A stretch of DNA of 63,981 nucleotides, counting the filler, from Octopus bimaculoides (lineage: Eukaryota): the NCBI RefSeq assembly GCF_001194135.2. It is 8 parts of 7 records of this genome, joined end to end, with 100 filler letters (N's around TTAATTAATTAA, not from the genome) between each part and the next. Parts side by side here need not be neighbours in the genome. Positions count along the whole stretch, not along the records: positions 21,939 to 28,684 come from NC_068982.1; positions 28,785 to 50,695 come from NC_068982.1; 6 more parts are not named here. One strand, written 5' to 3'. Under the pieces are notes generated by a model, which was given only the letters and a program-made list of their open reading frames with translations, did no database searches and was not told the DNA's origin. The position numbers were made by a program, and so were the translations under genes. Below are positions 24,276-37,235 of the stretch, piece after piece (the stretch's first letter is position 1; every line of letters starts with the position of its first letter).

Positions 24276-25594
24276 GCCATGCATCCATTTCCAAGTAAGG
24301 TTTATCTTAATAATTCCGATGCGCACTCTTATCGAAGTAGCGTCTTGTTCCTACCTTCGAAACGCTTTGTATTTTTAAAATACATAATGCACACCACAAA
24401 TATATACCTGTATGATGGTTAAAGTCAAGTTATTGTCATCTTTTATCTAAAATAGGGACATATTTTAGGATGTGATGCTTAATGGGAAACTAGTGAAATC
24501 TAGTATATTGATTTATTTCTTAAGATCAACTCTCATATATAAAAGTGAATTTATGGTAATACATTTAATCATGTATGGACATATTAACTAAAATACATTG
24601 TCTTTTATTTCAGTTCTTTCTTTCTACGATATACAAAGAGATTAATGTACGGTTTGTGACAACAGACGTCTTTAACGATCTAAAATTTTATATATGTCAA
24701 CTGTCAGCAGGCTCTCTTATCATCATAGCAGTAATACATTTGCAATTTGTATATCTATGTAAAAAAGGCCTGCTACCAATTAGTTTCTAATCAGCGAGCA
24801 CTTAATATAAAATGAATTAAACTTTATAAAAGAGAATTACATACTCTAATAGAGGATTGCATTTTTCCCTCAAATATCTTTGGATTACTTGACATCAGAG
24901 ACCACAACGTAGTTCGTAGAAATGTTGAATCCTTACTTACGCAATTTTCCTCATAAATAAACACCTGCCGTGCACATTTATTCCAAGCAGGCTAGTGATT
25001 TACACAAAGTTTAGCATTAGAATGCCCAATACATTGCTAAGCATTTTATTTACGTTTTCGCTTTGTATTTTCAAAATAGATAATGCACACCACAAATATA
25101 TAACTGTATGATGGTTATATATAGATATACCATAGTCTGTTTAATAACCCGAAACCTTCCCAAAAATGTGCTTAAATGCGTCAATGCTTGAAAGCAAAAT
25201 TCTGAAGGGATAGTATCGTTTTGGATATTATAGTAAGTGAAACTAACTTTGAATTGAAAAAATGCAGGCAATAGAGATTTTGCTTGTTTGAAATTGAACG
25301 GAATGCGATAATTAACATACAGTTTTGCTCAGGAGAATATATCACAAGGAACTCGACATGATCACACCTGTTAGTAAATATTTCAGAAACATTAGAAACT
25401 ATTCAACAGAACTCTGAAGGCAATAGACTACTTAGAATATTATTTCATAGATGTTCCATTGAAGACGCTTCATGATTTACATAATAAGTATTTGATGCAG
25501 CAGTGGCAAAATTTTCGTGAGTACAATGTCATTGCTTCACACAGGCTTTCATTGACACTATTTTCCTTGTCGATATTTTACATACACAAACATG

Positions 25595-25628
<34 letters not shown>

Positions 25629-26262
25629 TGTATGTATGTATGTATNNNNNNNNNNNNNNNNNNNNNNNNNNNNNNNNNNNNNNNNNNNNNNNNNNNNNNN
25701 NNNNNNNNNNNNNNNNNNNNNNNNNNNNNNNNNNNNNNNNNNNNNNNNNNNNNNNNNNNNNNNNNNNNNNNNNNNNNNNNNNNNNNNNNNNNNNNNNNNN
25801 NNNNNNNNNNNNNNNNNNNNNNNNNNNNNNNNNNNNNNNNNNNNNNNNNNNNNNNNNNNNNNNNNNNNNNNNNNNNNNNNNNNNNNNNNNNNNNNNNNNN
25901 NNNNNNNNNNNNNNNNNNNNNNNNNNNNNNNNNNNNNNNNNNNNNNNNNNNNNNNNNNNNNNNNNNNNNNNNNNNNNNNNNNNNNNNNNNNNNNNNNNNN
26001 NNNNNNNNNNNNNNNNNNNNNNNNNNNNNNNNNNNNNNNNNNNNNNNNNNNNNNNNNNNNNNNNNNNNNNNNNNNNNNNNNNNNNNNNNNNNNNNNNNNN
26101 NNNNNNNNNNNNNNNNNNNNNNNNNNNNNNNNNNNNNNNNNNNNNNNNNNNNNNNNNNNNNNNNNNNNNNNNNNNNNNNNNNNNNNNNNNNNNNNNNNNN
26201 NNNNNNNNNNNNNNNNNNNNNNNNNNNNNNNNNNNNNNNNNNNNNNNNNNNNNNNNNNNNNN

Positions 26263-26305
<43 letters not shown>

Positions 26306-27534
26306 AATCGATACATATTTCTTGATAAATTGTAGTATTCTATATAAGATGCGAGAAAATGACTGACGATTATGCTCACACGCACAGAGACAGACATATG
26401 CATATAAAACAGACTCGGCCGACAGACTCATGAATTTGATGCAAAAACTGAACACACTAATTTTAATCTGTTGACGGATATATAAATATAAATATATATG
26501 TATATAGCAGAGTCTAGCCAAAAGTTAACCACTTATAGATACTGTGAAGGGACTAGAATATAAAATATCAGTTGCATTATGGAAGAACAGCGAATGTCAT
26601 ACCTACAAGTATACGATACTTACAATCCAGCATTAACAACAGACAAATGGAATTTAAGTACATTATATAAATTCTCAAACATAATAATGTGACTTTTGTT
26701 TTCAATGCAAACTGGGAAAAAATGTTTGCGGAATGAAATAGAAAGAGTCGGAAAATCACTGATAAGCAAAATGCATAATAACTATAAAATACGTCATCGT
26801 ACAAGCCTGAAAAAAGAAAAGAGAGAAAAAAAAAGAAAGATAATCAAAGCAATGAAATCAGACACAATATATCTTGAGTACTCTGAGCTTCTTCTTGAGT
26901 ACTTCTTCCAGAAAGGATTTTCATTTTATACTAATATAAAAATATTTTCAATGTCATCAGTTCTGGATACGGAACAATAACAATAAGGAAACATACTATT
27001 TACATCATAAAAATTATAAATTCCTAGAAAGATGAAGGAATTCATTTCTATCTGTTGAACTCGACGTAGATACCGCTTTAAATAATAACTGGCGAATATT
27101 GGCTAAAAACTGTTCGGACAGAAAATGTCGAAGCCTATTCATAGGACTCGTTCCCTCAGCTTCCATATATGATAGCTGTCATTCAACCATTGGACCAACG
27201 TTTCTCCTTACCAGCGAGAAATATTTGTGGGGTAGAATTGTTTGCTTGTTAGAGGCTGCCGTTTAGTTCAGTGTTGTACTAAACCAATGTAGCTGCATGT
27301 TGGGTACATATAGTTGTATACGTATATATAATTGTATATAATTGTATACGTATACAATTATATGATTCTAGTAAAGTTGACCCTGTGTGTTTGTGTCAAA
27401 AGGCGTCCCCACATGCATGCATTCATGTGTGCTACATATGATATAGCATGGCATTCAGCGTAGTCTTAATATGAAAAGAATAACATGCAGTGATACAATC
27501 AACGCCAACTTTTTATTAGATGGCAAATAAAATC

Positions 27535-27568
27535 ACATTATATTAATTGATAACAACAAAAACAATAC

Positions 27569-27631
<63 letters not shown>

Positions 27632-27646
27632 CATTATTATTATTAA

Positions 27647-27692
<46 letters not shown>

Positions 27693-27867
27693 GCTATTAT
27701 TATTATTATTATTGCTATTATTATTATTATCATCATTATTATTATTTACTTTTAATCAGCATATCTGTTACAATTTATTGTTAATATTATTATCATTATT
27801 ATAAGTAGGAGTAATAGTAGTAATAGCATTAGTAGTAGTATTGGTGATAGCAGTGGTAGTTTTGTCG

Positions 27868-27915
<48 letters not shown>

Positions 27916-27918
27916 GTG

Positions 27919-27971
<53 letters not shown>

Positions 27972-27981
27972 NNNNNNNNNN

Positions 27982-28028
<47 letters not shown>

Positions 28029-28042
28029 TCAGCAGCAGTAGA

Positions 28043-28121
<79 letters not shown>

Positions 28122-28130
28122 ATGCTAATA
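27535..28130. repeat. Compound (ATT)n/(AGT)n/(AGC)n trinucleotide array
   Basis: Directly visible. Confidence 0.97.
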
Positions 28131-28651
28131 ACAACAGAATGAAACTAAGGAACGAAATTAGATTTAGAACATAAAACGAAATTACATTAAGTAAGGAAAG
28201 CAGAGAGGAATAATTGATCTTATTGTAGAATATGTTTAGAAACTTAAAACGCTATTGGCATGCTATAGTTTCCATAATTTGCTTCGAGAAGGAGACATGA
28301 ATATTAGATTCAATGTTCTGAGTAGAAGTGGTGTTCTCTTGCATCATTCACTTTTAGCCATTTCACACCTTTTAGAGTGTCAGCAAATTTTCAGCTGGGT
28401 TTTGATAGGTCTTGAGTCAAAGCAATTTATCAAACACGGTTTGATGAAGTAGCTAACAATTTATCTGTTCACAGTTTGTCAATTCGTAGAATTGCTATAT
28501 GATGTATAGAATATACTTTCATTTTGTCTAGACAATCTTTCGCTAAAAAACAACGAAATCACACTTAAGATCTTTATATTTTATTGTTTTTAAATATTTT
28601 ACCAATATATCATGTTCTCAGTTTTTTAATGTATTTCTCTCCGTGCCATGT

Positions 28652-28684
<33 letters not shown>

Positions 28685-29525
28685 NNNNNNNNNNNNNNNN
28701 NNNNNNNNNNNNNNNNNNNNNNNNNNNNTTAATTAATTAANNNNNNNNNNNNNNNNNNNNNNNNNNNNNNNNNNNNNNNNNNNNTTGATGTATTTTACGC
28801 TACTGATCATAACTATAAGTTGGTACCTAATCCTAGGTTTAAATAAATAAATTAGTTATCTAAACTTATTATATAAATAATTTAATTTATGTCTGCATTT
28901 AATATTACGTTCATCGTGGGAGTTAAATAAATTTTTTATTAGCTAATAATATCTCTTTAAATTCGTTAGTACATAATAAGCAGAATTTATTCCCTATCCT
29001 ATATGATTTAGCCTTATATATATTCATATATACTGAAGTTTCAAATAAAGGCAAAATAATATTCTTTTAAATATTAAACAAGAATTTTAAAAAATCCAAA
29101 ATATACCAAAGATAAATCTGGAGAGAGACTACTTTATGGCAAATATTCTGCAAGGCAGAGGAGTATTGAGCTAGAGTTAAAGGTAATAATTGCTTAAAAA
29201 TATGGTATAAATGAAAAATCAGATTGTTGTCTGATTTTAGCTGGATATGACCAATTCCAAGCCTTTTGTAATGACAAAAATAGAAAGATACTAACATCAA
29301 GGGCAGAGTGTCCAACCATTAAAATGTAACGGCTAACTTCATTTCTTGTTGCTTAGTTCTTGTCAAGTCTAAATTTAATCACAGGCATGATCAAACTGGT
29401 AAGTAATACTTGAAAATGAAAATATGATAAGTGGGATTTCAACTCAGAATATGAAGAGCTGAAACATATACCATGAAACATTTAGGATAACTCTCTAATA
29501 ATTCTGCCAATCCACCACCCTAAAG

Positions 29526-29565
<40 letters not shown>

Positions 29566-29587
29566 TGATGATGATGATGATAAGAAT

Positions 29588-29800
29588 GATCTTTTCTACT
29601 CTAAGCACAAGGCCCGAAATTGTTGGGGTGGGGGCCAGTCGATTAGATCGACCCCAGTACACAATTGGTACTTAATTTATTGACCTCAAAAGGATGAAAG
29701 GTAAAGTTGGCCATGACAGCATTTGAACTCAGAATGTAAAGATACATGAAATGCTGCTAAGCGTTTTACCCAGTACAGTAATGGTTCTGCAGCCTTCCAC
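29588..29800 (-). mobile_element. SINE family B, CpG-decayed
   Basis: cttttctactctaagcacaaggcccgaaatt...atttgaactcagaatgt. Confidence 0.85.
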
Positions 29801-29827
29801 TTTAAATAATAATAGTATTAATAGTAA

Positions 29828-30045
29828 TCCTTTCTGCTGTAGGTACAAGGCCCAAAATTTAGTGGGAGGGAGCTAGTCAATTACATCGATCCCAGTACTC
29901 AATTGTACTTATTTTATCGACCCTAAAACGATAAAATGCAATGTCAACCTTGGCAGATTTTGAACTCAGAATGTAAGGACAAACAAAATGCTACTAAACA
30001 ATTTGCCTGGTGTGCTAGCAATTTTTTGCCAGCTCTCCAACTTAA
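29828..30045 (-). mobile_element. SINE family B, CpG-decayed
   Basis: Second tandem copy, aggtacaaggcccaaaattt...tttgaactcagaatgt. Confidence 0.85.
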
Positions 30046-30067
30046 ATAATAATAATAATATTAATAA

Positions 30068-30260
30068 TTCTCTAGAACAACACTATGTACAAATCCAAAT
30101 ATATTTCTCTAGAACAACACTATGTACAAATCCAAATATATGGTACCCTAGGCATAACACCTACATGAACTTCTAACTTGTTGTCTCTTGAGGTCTCTGG
30201 GTGAGACTTGGATCCAACTTGTACAAATGCAAAGCAAAAGTCAAACATAAAATAATATTA
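30068..30260 (+). mobile_element. Probable (TAA)n-tailed non-LTR element 3' UTR fragment, possibly R4/Dong-like
   Basis: Non-simple sequence embedded in (AAT)n on both sides and ending aaataatattaataat. The family assignment rests on recalled resemblance and the known TAA targeting of Dong, and is not verified. Confidence 0.35.
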
Positions 30261-30537
30261 ATAATATTTTATAAAGATTGATGTAACTCTACACGAAGGT
30301 AAATAGACAATAAGAAGAGAGTGATGCGATTTGTAATAGATTGTGTTGTTTAATGGTTTGAACGATATTTCAACAGATCGTCTGTCTTCTTCATATTCAA
30401 AATCTAAAATGAAAACAACTGCAGAAACACAGAAATTCAAAATATAAACAAGGAAATTCTGCCTTCCTATTTTGATTGAATGGCATCATCAGTTTTGAAT
30501 TTTGTAATTGGTAAAAAGAAAAAGAATGAAAAAAAAA

Positions 30538-30650
30538 GGATGAAAAGCAAAGTTGACCTCAGTGGAATTTGAACACAGAGGGTCAAGACAGATGAAATGC
30601 CACTAAGCATTTTGTCTGGTGTGTTAATGATTCTGCAAGCTTGTTGCCTT
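30538..30650 (-). mobile_element. SINE family B, 5' part
   Basis: gcaaagttgacctcagtggaatttgaac. Confidence 0.8.
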
Positions 30651-30974
30651 AATAATAATAATGGTGATAACTTCATAAAAGGTTGGGAGTGAACAGTAAT
30701 TATAAAACATAAAACAACTGAATATTTATTGTTGGATCTTGCAATTTTTAGCTAACATAACAATTATGTTTTCGAAAATTCATTGTTGACCTGCCTTAGT
30801 TAGGGTTAATAACTGTAAACAGTAACAGAGCACAATAGCAATGTTTAGGAGAGAGTTATTAATTGAAAAGAATATATTCATAGAAGAAATTACACTCAAA
30901 ATATTTAAGTGAACAGAGAGAGAGAAAATATAAAGCAGAAACAGGAAAATAAGTAAGAAGATAATAGATAGATT

Positions 30975-31180
30975 TCAAATTCTGGCACAAGGCCAGCAAT
31001 TTCAGAGTAGGAGGTAAGTTGATTACATCGATCTCAGTGCTCAACTGGCACTTGTTTTATCGACCTTGAAAGAATGAAAGGCTAAGTCAACCTTGGCAGT
31101 ATTTGAACTCAGAACATAAAGATGGATAAAATAGCACTAAGTATTTTGCCCAATGTGCTAACGATTCTATGAGCTCAGCA
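30975..31180 (-). mobile_element. SINE family B
   Basis: tggcacaaggccagcaatttc...gtcaaccttggcagtatttgaactcagaac. Confidence 0.85.
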
Positions 31181-31185
31181 CCACA

Positions 31186-31235
<50 letters not shown>

Positions 31236-31351
31236 GATAATAGATAGTGATGTAAGTTTGATTAATCTGTGAATAATATTTTTCATGTGTAACATGATAG
31301 TGGTAATGATGACGGTGATGATGAATTCGATAATATTATAAAGTGAAAAAG

Positions 31352-31735
31352 GAGGTATGGCAATGTGGCAAAAAGTCTGTTTTCCAACCATATGGGTCTG
31401 GGTTCAGTCCCACTGCATGGCATCTTGGGCAAGTGCCCACTACTGTAGTACTAGGTTGACCAAAGCTTTGTAAGTGGAAACTGAAAGAAACCTATCGTGT
31501 GTGTGTGTGTGAATCTATGTGTTAGTGTTTGTCCTCCACTGCTTGACACCTCGTGTTAGTTTGTTTACATCTCTATAAATTTACAGTTTGGCAAAAAGAG
31601 ACCAATAGAAAAAGTAACAGACTTAAAAAACAAATGAGTACAGCAGTTGTTGATTTTTATGCTTGACAGAATCTGCCATGGTAGTGCTCCAGTATGACCT
31701 CACCCTAATGACTGAAACAAGTAAAGAATAAAAGA
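31352..31735 (+). mobile_element. SINE family A
   Basis: ggttcagtcccactgcatggcatcttgggcaagtg...aatgactgaaacaagtaaag. Confidence 0.85.
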
Positions 31736-32433
31736 TAAATACTAATAAGATTGATGGAAATAATAACAATGATCAGATACCATCAGAAGCCTACTATCAA
31801 ATTGTAGATTATCTGGCAACAAATGCTATCACCTTTCATTGGCATGTAATAGTTCTTAGCTTTCTGCAATATATGTGCCTGTTGGAAGGTGGATGGTTAA
31901 GATACTTCTGTTATGGGAAACAGTAAAAAAAAAAACAAAAAAACAGAGCCTTGGATCCAGCATTGTCGGTATAAATATCAACAAAAGATAAATATATTGT
32001 ATACATTTCCAGATGCTCTCATATCCCTACTATGGTATCAAATGATTCAAAACCCAGAAGATATTATCATTAGATGGAGAACAAAGAGAATGAAGAAGAC
32101 GAAAATTATCATAAAGTATTTATAAATTCTTTTGTTTTATTCTCATATATATATATATATATCTGTGTGTATGTATATTATGTGTGTGCCTGTATATCTG
32201 TATATGTAGGTACATTTATATGTATATATGTATATGTCTGTGCATATATGCATACATATGTATATGAACACACACACACACACATATATATCAAGAACAT
32301 TCAAGTTTCATTTTTATATCTGCCTCGCATTTGTTTCCAAGAACTGACAATTTTTCTGAGAAAAGAAGAGACTGAATGAAATATATCACCTAAGCACACA
32401 CATATCCAAGTATACAGGTTTGCAGTTTCATAT

Positions 32434-32507
<74 letters not shown>

Positions 32508-32786
32508 NNNNNNNNNNNNNNNNNNNNNNNNNNNNNNNNNNNNNNNNNNNNNNNNNNNNNNNNNNNNNNNNNNNNNNNNNNNNNNNNNNNNNNNNNNNNN
32601 NNNNNNNNNNNNNNNNNNNNNNNNNNNNNNNNNNNNNNNNNNNNNNNNNNNNNNNNNNNNNNNNNNNNNNNNNNNNNNNNNNNNNNNNNNNNNNNNNNNN
32701 NNNNNNNNNNNNNNNNNNNNNNNNNNNNNNNNNNNNNNNNNNNNNNNNNNNNNNNNNNNNNNNNNNNNNNNNNNNNNNNNNNNNNN

Positions 32787-32832
<46 letters not shown>

Positions 32833-33729
32833 TTGGTATGATGACATTTGGGTTAACCAAAGTGAGGATCAACTGAGTATAGTAAATTTAACTAACTGGA
32901 GTTTATCTACATTCAGTGAGGTTAGCCAGCATTGTTAATCAATAAGAGTGAGCATTGTACCCACTAGGATTATATATCACTCTTAACCATTTTTGGAATA
33001 TATATATATAATTTGATATACACAAAACTTTAAAAAGTGCTACTAACATTTTCATCCTGTAGAGATACAAGAATTTAGCTGATTTATATAAATTGTCATG
33101 TGTCACCAAGCAATCTTTCAGGCTCGGTGAAAACTGTTAGACCTATTTTGAAATTCAGGATGCTGGTCTATAAGAAAACATGAGAAATCAAAAACCAGGA
33201 AGAAAAATGCAAAATAGATTGATGCAAAAAGTGAAATAAGAAGAAAGAAAAGAAAAGTAAGAAAAACAGAATCTGTCACTTTTGTCTTAGAAATCATAAT
33301 TTTTGCATCAACCTTCTTTACATTTTCCTTCTCATTTTTCTCATTTTCGTTTAACTGCAGTGAACATTTTCAGTTGTTCCTAAAGCTGAAATCCACACTC
33401 AAAAGTCATCAGTTTTATTTGGTAGAACATATCAAAGAAATCTCTCTATGAGAGTTTCATACTCATTCCAAAAGCAGAAAATATGTCATAAAAAGTGTAT
33501 CAACAGTGGAGGGAAATATTCTAAATGAGAACAAGTCTGATTAGATTCTAAGTAAAGCAATGCATTTGATTTTTAAAAAGCTTTTCTTTCAACAGGCCTT
33601 ATACTTGCTATTTGTCAAAGCTGATTGTTCACCATTGAACCTTACTGGTTACTTATTATAAATATATACTGATGGAGAGTATATTTGTCATCTTCCCTAC
33701 TACCACCATCATAACAGTAAAAAATAATG

Positions 33730-33940
33730 GTTTTAAATTTTGGTACAAAGCAAGAAATTTTAAGAGAGAGGTAAGTTAATTACATAGACCCCAGTGTTCA
33801 TCTGGTGCTTATTTTATCAATACCGAAAGAATGAAAGGCAAAGTTGATCTCAGCAACATTTGAACTTAGAATGTAAAGACAAGCAAAATGCCTCTAAGAA
33901 CTTTGCTCAGCAGGCTAACAGTTTTGCCAGTTCTCCACCT
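33730..33940 (-). mobile_element. SINE family B
   Basis: gaaaggcaaagttgatctcagcaacatttgaacttagaatgt. Confidence 0.8.
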
Positions 33941-34074
33941 TAGATAATAATAATAACAATAATACTAATAATTACTTTCTCTATTTACAATTAAGGCTTC
34001 ACAAAAAGAAAAACACTGGGGACAATACAGGACAAAAAAATGTGGGGTTACATAAATAAACATAATAAAAAGAA

Positions 34075-34410
34075 GGGTAAAGACCCCCTTTGGTCATGAA
34101 TGACCATGAGATTTTCATAGAAGGATCCCCTCTGAGGCATAATTTTGGGCAAAGTTGTCTATGGAAGACCAGCAGTTGCTCATGCATACCACCCTCCCCT
34201 CTCAACTCCACTGGTGTTATCCAAGAGAAAGGCAAAGGCCGATATAGCTTGGCACCAGTGATGTTGCAACTCATTTCTACAGCTGAGTGAACTTGAGCAA
34301 TGTGAAATAACGTTTTTCTCAAGAACACAACACACAGCCCTGTCCAGGAATCAAACTCACTACTTCATGATTGTGCACTTGACACTCTAACCACTGAGAC
34401 ATGCGCCTTC
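34075..34410 (-). mobile_element. tRNA-derived SINE family E (head shared with D, different tail)
   Basis: Reverse strand gtgaaggcgcatgtctcagtggttagagtgtc...tttgattcctggacagggctgtgtgttgtgttcttgag. Confidence 0.75.
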
Positions 34411-35444
34411 ATAATAATCATAATAATGCTGGTAATAATAATGAAGATGATGATGATGATGAGAAGAAGAAGAAGAAGAATCAGTTGCTGTAGTAACAGT
34501 CAAATTTGAACATACATTTACACACACTGGTAGATGTTTGATATGACTATGGTTAAAGCACGTTCATCTGAGAAATGAATTAATTCAAATCAACAGCTTT
34601 GGTCAAAGATGCAAATAACTCAAATGACAAGCTCAGCTATTAGACAAAGAAACACAAATAACCGATAACAGGTAAAAGTTTGCTACGTATTTACATGTCA
34701 ACTACAATCAAACGAACTGACCAGATATATGTCAGTTAATTTATATGTATATGCAGGTCTATATCACTTCATTGCTTCCTTAGAACTCCTATCAGTGCCA
34801 ATCGAATTTATCTAAGTGAAGTTAATGTATTTTCCTAGTAATATTTGTATTGTTTCTGTCATCTTAGCAGAAAATACAAATGATATTAGTCCTAATTTAG
34901 TTGATATTCAAGATAGAAACACTATAAAATCATGATTTAGCCAGGATGATAATACTTTTGCATATTAAGAGTTGAACTATACAGAGTTATTCTGGCTATA
35001 AGAAATACTGCAATGCATTTTGATGCATCTCTATATTGGTTTCAAATCCCACTTGGTTCATTAGCATTAGTATTATCATTACTGCTACCGCTGTTATTAC
35101 TGTCACCAGAATCCTAATTAAAAAATTCAATGCACCAGCCTTCTCTGACTCAACACTGTTTCTCTGTCAAGCACTGGCCTAACATTCTGAAAGAGAAACC
35201 ATTATATATACCTGTACATTATGGACATATGCCTCTTTTTTTCTCTCTTCTCTTTACACACATACATGCACATTTAAATATAAATATGAATACACATGTA
35301 TTTCACAAATTCTATAGAAATGGTGTGAGTGTGTGTGTGTGTGTATTAATAGATGGATAGCTGGGTGGATGGATAGATGGAAGAATGGATGGTCACGTGA
35401 AGTGCTACCAACTCTCGAAGTTATGTTCATAATGACTTGTCACT

Positions 35445-35660
35445 GTCATCATCATCATTATCATTTGATGCCCGTTTTCCATACTGGTATAGGTTAAATG
35501 GGTTTACAGTATCCAATGGGTCAAAAGACCATGTCATGTCCCATTGTCCCAGTTTTTATATAGTTCCTACTGCTAGATGCCCCTTCCCAACACCAACCAT
35601 TCTACAAAATGTACTGGCTGCATTTTTCCATGGCAGCAGTGCTTGGCTTGTCATCAGCAA
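35445..35660 (-). mobile_element. Family C retroposon, diverged fragment
   Basis: (cat)n...ttttccatactggtatagg...agatgcccttcccaacaccaacc. Confidence 0.65.
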
Positions 35661-35688
35661 AACAAAAGAGCACTCTAACACTATAGAC

Positions 35689-36045
35689 CAGTGTTTCTCA
35701 ACATTTTTACCCTTGCATAAACCTTAAAATAAATTATATGTCTCAAGGAACCCCTGCACGAAAAGAATTGTATACCATATCTATCTTGTATTTTTCGTTG
35801 TTGTTCATGTGGTAAATATCATATATATATATGTGTGTGTGTGGTTGTTATATTTTTTTGATAATATAATTAGTTAGATAGGATGAAGTCTATATTACAA
35901 TATTACAATAATGAATATGATGTGCAGGTATAGTAATATTATGATCATGAAATCAGCATTAGATTATCTCACTCTTTCTCATGGAACCCCTAGGCACTTT
36001 TTGTGGAACCCTAAGGTCCCAGAGAACTCTGGTTGAGAAACGTTA
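35689..36045. mobile_element. hAT (Charlie-like) MITE
   Basis: TIRs cagtgtttctcaac / gttgagaaacgtta. 8-bp TSD ctatagac / caatagac (7/8). Confidence 0.8.
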
Positions 36046-36244
36046 CAATAGACTGTCACTACTTAACTCCAATACCAACTGCTTATGGAGTGTAGTAGTT
36101 GTTTATGAGGCACCAGCATTGATTGAGTTGCCTTGTAGCTCACAAGTGAGTGAGAGTCTCTATGATGGAAGAAACAGAACAAGAGTATAGTAGTAGAAAG
36201 AATAACAGAATGAACAGCTTTATGGGAAGTAATGGAGGAAAGAA

Positions 36245-36490
36245 ACATTAAAAATAGCAGGTCACATACTTTGGCTACCAGAACAATGCCATTCTAAAAC
36301 AGCTATCAAATGGAAACCACTGTAGAGAAAAAGAGAGGAAGACTAGAAACTACATGGGACAAACATTCATAACTAACTTGAAAGAAGTTAATACCACATG
36401 GCCAGATGCAGAGAAAAACTGCAGCCAACAGAAACTAGTGGTGTCAGTTTGCTGCCGTAAGTGCTCAAAGCATAGGAAAAACTGAAACTG
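36245..36490 (+). mobile_element. Degenerate RTE LINE 3' end
   Basis: IAGHILWLPEQCHSKTAIKWKP...QTFITNLKEVNTTWPDAE...CSKHRKN*, resembling the RTE C-terminal W.GH..R / W..AE...W / H.R. pattern. Confidence 0.65.
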
Positions 36491-36494
36491 AGAT

Positions 36495-36710
36495 TGGTTT
36501 CAAATTGTGGTACAAGACCAGCAAGTTTGGAGTGGGGGATAAGATGGTTACATCAACCCCAGTATTCAACAGGTACTTATTTTACTAACCTCAAAAGGAT
36601 GAAAAGTAAAGTTGACCTCAGCGGAATTTGAACTCAGAACATAAGGATGGATGAATTATTGCTAAGCGTTTTTCCCAGTGTTAATGATTCTACCAGCTTG
36701 CCACCTTAAA
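36495..36710 (-). mobile_element. SINE family B
   Basis: gtaaagttgacctcagcggaatttgaactcagaac...ccagcttgccacc. Confidence 0.85.
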
Positions 36711-37235
36711 AAAACTGAAACTGATATTGAATAGAGGAAACAATGGAGAAGGGAAAAGGAGGAGTAACATCAGGGATTATAGTGAAGGAGAGGAGCAGAC
36801 AAACTAGTAATGGTGATGAAGTAGGTTGAGTAGGTGAACCCAGCGATGGGATATGTTGGTCCTCTTACCATAGCTGCATGTGATGGATGAGACTTATACA
36901 GGTTTACTATTGAGAGAGGGTGTTGGAGAGAGAGATTAACAGAGTCAGTATTAGTTAAAAGAGTAATAAGGAGTAAAACAGAAAATGCAATGCCAGTGGT
37001 GTGCAGGAGAGACAACCTGAGATTGACAAGGGTGAGGGGGTAGGTTGAGTAAGAAGAGATATACTGCTACCACATGTTATATATTGGTAGGAAGAGTGGT
37101 ATGTAGGAAATATATAAGATGTTAATGATGAGCTAGATTGTATTTTCAAAGTTACAGGTCCAAGAGTGTATGGTGAAAGAAGAATCAAGAACAGGCAAAG
37201 TTTGCTAGAGTGCAAGTCCTTCCTATTCAAGTATC

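Noticed and set aside
27140-27205. tRNA-like A/B boxes on the minus strand
   Set aside because: No complete cloverleaf and a degenerate B-box, so probably a SINE-head relic. Heads of SINE families A, B, D and E were likewise not called tRNA genes.
29085-29330. Short open frames with plausible splice sites (also about 31750-31925, 33375-33530, 42653-42735 and 6330-6497)
   Set aside because: Frames of 30-55 codons are common by chance at this AT content, and the phases did not join into a coherent gene
36770-37230. Purine-rich segment with two minus ORFs, possibly an old CR1/L2 fragment
   Set aside because: I could not identify a diagnostic motif
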